Assembly: GCA_963796685.1 (NCBI GenBank)
Contig: CAWCMR010000025.1
Location: 1,952,001-2,016,000, forward strand
Length of the DNA stretch: 64,000 nucleotides
Origin: an uncultured delta proteobacterium
GTDB lineage: Bacteria; Myxococcota_A; Polyangia; Fen-1088
Direction: 5' to 3'
A model generated the notes under the pieces. The model was not told the origin of the DNA and ran no database searches. It was given only the letters and a program-made list of their open reading frames with translations. This document shows, one piece after another, positions 60,867 through 64,000 of this stretch. Numbering within the stretch: the stretch's first letter is position 1; each line of letters begins with the position of its first letter. Made by a program: the position numbers and the translations under genes.

Positions 60867-62780
60867 GTGCAGTTGCGAACGATTCATGCAGTAGCGATTG
60901 GCTGTCTGGCCTCTTGCCAGCCGGCCGGACGGACTAGCGTTAAAGCAGCGCGGGAATCGAGCGCTGTTGGTGCGGCGCACTCGACGCAGACGAGGGCACT
61001 TGCGCCGGCCCCGTCTCCACCGGGGGCGATTTGGGCCGCGGGAAAGGTATACGATTTCCGCGTACATTCGACGGCGATGGTTGACTTTGGCAGCGCGGCA
61101 AGCGGGATCAGCTACGAGCTTGAAGCAAGTCCCAGGATCATGGTGGTCGACCATCGCGGGGATCGTACGACCCTCTATCTACGGCTATTGGGAGTTACGG
61201 TCAGGAATCCCCAGGCCAACGGCGGAGCGAACTTCGACCAGTTGGCGCAGGAGCTTCGTGAAGGCGCATGTCTGGCTGTGTTGTCCAGTGGACGCTTGGT
61301 AGAGCTCGGCTTTCGAAAAGGCGTCTCCAACGCGGCATTGGCCACCTTCAGGCAGCTAGCTTCAAGTCTCCAACTGGCGAAGCCGGGGACTGGTAGCTCC
61401 TGGCAGGCGGAGGAGTACGACACGAGTGGGCAGTATGTGGCGCAATATACTTTTGACGATGGGTCAAAGGTCTATCGCAAGGAGAAACTGCACTACCTGG
61501 CTCTGCTAGGGAGGCCTGTTGTGCCTGGTGTGGGGCCGCTCCAACTGGTTCCAGAGGTCAGAAAGTCAACAGGCGAAATCCGCCTGACCCACGATGGTGC
61601 CCTTGAGCTGGTGGACCTTGAAGACGCAGTGGTCCTGCAGGGCGCGCAGGTGCCCATGCTTTCTGAGACGCATCTCGTGCTCAATCTGACGGCGGTTGGG
61701 ACATCGGGAGTGGCAACCGATCCGACTCGGCTGAGATCAGAGTTCACGATTATGCCGGCCTCGGAGCAAGGCGCCAACATGCCAAGCCTGGAATCTTTGG
61801 ACCGGGCGCGGACGCAAGGGGCTACCTTTCGCGCAATTCTATCCCGCATTGAAGCGGAGCGTGAGACTCGCCAGCGCGAGACATCCAAGAATGTTCCAAA
61901 GCGCAAGAGCCAATCCGCGCACGGACAGCAGCAGATAAGCGTTAGAGCCATTGGTGATGTCGGGCTATTCAATGCCTTGGTTGCGTCGCTTCGCGAGAGC
62001 CAAGAGGCAGTGGATACAGCGGTGCGAATGATCAAGGAGGAGTCTCCCCTTCTCGACGTGCTGATCGACGCTTTGGGCTCGGCCTCCAACCCGGGATGCG
62101 AGGCTGCCTTGACGGGATTGCTGTCGTCCGCAGATTCGGAAACCAAGCCTCGCATTCTGTATGCGCTGTCACAGGCGCCCAGACCTGGCGACAAGGGTGT
62201 GGCGGCGATGAAAGCGTTGCTGGCAGAAGATCCCTTCAGCCAGACCGGCCTTTACGGGCTTGGGAGCTATGCCCGGCGATTCGCTGAGCAGGGGAACAAA
62301 GAAATGGCGGCTGAATTGGGCGAGTTTTTGATTCAGAAGCTGGAGAAAGCGCACGGGGCGACGAACAAGATTACGGCGCTGCGAGCCATTGAGAACTCAG
62401 GATACGCGCCGGCGATTAGCAGCTTGCAGCGATATTTCGACGATCCGGATCCGTTCGTTCGCACCGCCGCTATTCGAGCTCTTCGGCCGATGAAAGATCC
62501 CTTGGTGGCTGATGTCCTTGCTTCTCGAATCAGGTCAGATCATTCTTCCGAGGAGAGGCTGCTTCTCTTGGAGATTGTTGAGAGCAGGGAGCCGTCCAAC
62601 ACGCTGATTGGAGCGGTTGTGGATGCGTCGAGCACTCTCGACGTGAAGGTGCGTCGGCAAGCTGTCGGGCTATTGGCCAAATGGGTTGCCGGGCAACCAC
62701 AGTTGCGACAAGTGCTCAGGAAGATAGGCGAATCCGATTCCGATCCGCAGGTCCGCGCCGCGGCGCGCGTGGATCTCTAG
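60867..62780 (+). CDS. Lipoprotein with vitellogenin/MTP-like N-terminal beta domain and HEAT repeats
   Basis: GTG start with RBS; IGCLASC lipobox; GKVYDF...QEL...GRLVEL...FRQLASSLQL...EYDTSG pattern; HEAT repeats DPFVRTAAIRAL, DPQVRAAA. Confidence 0.7.
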   Translation: MQLRTIHAVAIGCLASCQPAGRTSVKAARESSAVGAAHSTQTRALAPAPSPPGAIWAAGKVYDFRVHSTAMVDFGSAASGISYELEASPRIMVVDHRGDRTTLYLRLLGVTVRNPQANGGANFDQLAQELREGACLAVLSSGRLVELGFRKGVSNAALATFRQLASSLQLAKPGTGSSWQAEEYDTSGQYVAQYTFDDGSKVYRKEKLHYLALLGRPVVPGVGPLQLVPEVRKSTGEIRLTHDGALELVDLEDAVVLQGAQVPMLSETHLVLNLTAVGTSGVATDPTRLRSEFTIMPASEQGANMPSLESLDRARTQGATFRAILSRIEAERETRQRETSKNVPKRKSQSAHGQQQISVRAIGDVGLFNALVASLRESQEAVDTAVRMIKEESPLLDVLIDALGSASNPGCEAALTGLLSSADSETKPRILYALSQAPRPGDKGVAAMKALLAEDPFSQTGLYGLGSYARRFAEQGNKEMAAELGEFLIQKLEKAHGATNKITALRAIENSGYAPAISSLQRYFDDPDPFVRTAAIRALRPMKDPLVADVLASRIRSDHSSEERLLLLEIVESREPSNTLIGAVVDASSTLDVKVRRQAVGLLAKWVAGQPQLRQVLRKIGESDSDPQVRAAARVDL

Positions 62781-62812
62781 AGGATGTTTTCTTCTGCATG
62801 TGGAGAAATGGC

Positions 62813-64000
62813 ATGATTGAAGCCAGACACGTCATACGGGTATGCAGCGGCAGCAGGTGGCTCATTGCGGTCGCGGCTTGCATTCTATTATTCGGTGATG
62901 CCTGCCGGGAGTCGGGCAGCGGAGCTGGGGTCCGGGATGGAGGAAAGCAGGACGCATTCGCGAATATGAGCACAAGTGATGTTACTACAAGCGACTTGAA
63001 TGGAAACGACGCGGGTACATCTGGAAACGTGGGAGGCTCCGAGGTAGGCTCGGTGATCGGTGGGGACACTGCCGAGGGCAGAGAGGCGAGCGCCGAGGTC
63101 GACGCACGGTTTCAGGTGGATGTGGGCAGCGGCGCATCAGCGGACGCGCTGGATTCTTCTTCATGGTCGCCAGCCTGTTCGGCATATGCGAAAGCGGCAT
63201 GCACGCTGATAGCCTGTATCCCGAGCGGCTTGCACGTGCTATTCGGCAGCGAGCAGAACTGCGAGAATCGATACGGAGGTGCCGCCTGCGAAGCACAGAT
63301 GACGAGCGTGGGAAGCCATGTCACACAAAGCAGCCTCGCAGCCTGTGCCCAGGCACTGGCAACGGAGAGCTGCGCGGAAGCCAGGACGGAGTTCCCGGCA
63401 GAGTGTTCATGGCAAGGCGATCGAGCGAACAATTCCCCGTGTACCTACGCCCAGCAATGCGAATCAGGGGTGTGCGTGCCGGCCACCGGTACGTTCTGTG
63501 GCACGTGCCAAGCAAAGCTACCCGTTGGCGCATCCTGCCCGTCTACCGCGCATGCGTGCCAGAACGGCCTGGTGTGCACGGATAGCGTTTCATCTGGTGG
63601 CGACTGGTTCTGCACGGAGCCGGGGTCAGAGGGGGATGCGTGCGTATCACCGGCACAGTGCGCTTGGGGGCTAACCTGTTTTGGCGCACGCTGTGTCCGC
63701 GTGAGGAGCCAGGGAGATGCCTGCACTAACACAGTCGAATGCGATCAGGGGCAGGATCTGACGTGCAGTCCGAACGTCAGCGGAATCGCGAGCAGTTGCA
63801 TCCCTCGGACGTACGCCGATGCCGGCGAAAGTTGCGGTACGACGGCAGCGATGGAGTGCCTGGATAACGCGAGCTGCGTCGACAAGACCGGCAGCCCGGC
63901 GGTTACCGGGGTTTGCAGCGCGTCTGCCGCGAACGGGGAATCCTGTGAAATCGGCACTACTAATTGTCAGTATCCAGCCCTTTGCATAGGTGGAAAGTGC
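62813..64000 (+). CDS. Secreted Cys-rich lipoprotein (runs off the window end; not in the ORF track)
   Basis: Manual translation MIEARHVIRVCSGSRWLIAVAACILLFGDAC..., then ACSAYAKAAC, CESGVC, CGTC and GxxC repeats; no stop found before 64000. Confidence 0.78.
   Translation, partial: MIEARHVIRVCSGSRWLIAVAACILLFGDACRESGSGAGVRDGGKQDAFANMSTSDVTTSDLNGNDAGTSGNVGGSEVGSVIGGDTAEGREASAEVDARFQVDVGSGASADALDSSSWSPACSAYAKAACTLIACIPSGLHVLFGSEQNCENRYGGAACEAQMTSVGSHVTQSSLAACAQALATESCAEARTEFPAECSWQGDRANNSPCTYAQQCESGVCVPATGTFCGTCQAKLPVGASCPSTAHACQNGLVCTDSVSSGGDWFCTEPGSEGDACVSPAQCAWGLTCFGARCVRVRSQGDACTNTVECDQGQDLTCSPNVSGIASSCIPRTYADAGESCGTTAAMECLDNASCVDKTGSPAVTGVCSASAANGESCEIGTTNCQYPALCIGGKC

Overview
GC-rich myxobacterium-like (Myxococcota/Polyangia-type) chromosomal window in three blocks. 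(1) 1-23216: right end of a genomic island integrated at the 3' end of tRNA-Ala(CGC). It carries a tyrosine integrase module and a probable defence cluster: a DUF1998/YprA-type DEAD-box helicase coupled to a DrmD-like SNF2 helicase, a divergent AddAB-like helicase-nuclease pair, a PRTase-DprA (ShosTA-like) pair behind an SOS-box-like palindrome, and an orphan controller (C)-protein with C-box-like operators. (2) 23301-42954: housekeeping genes (tlyA, epimerase, greB, hisI, DinG-family helicase, Ser/Thr kinase, PAS histidine kinase, ugd, argF, argD, OmpA, Slt-type transglycosylase) with hairpin-rich intergenic elements. (3) ~42960-64000: a visibly less GC-rich accessory region of secreted/lipoprotein genes hit by nested IS elements (ISL3 inside IS4; an ISL3 inside an identical copy of itself, splitting a serine protease). 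The strongest candidates for novelty are in block 3: a 1893-aa surface protein whose two Thr-rich repeat arrays have matched copy number (13+13) and mirror-image flanks, suggesting a giant beta-hairpin stalk; and a downstream vitellogenin/MTP-like lipoprotein that may form a split bacterial large-lipid-transfer system with it, in an operon with a protease and a divergent serpin. All protein family calls are from motif recognition by eye; no searches were run.
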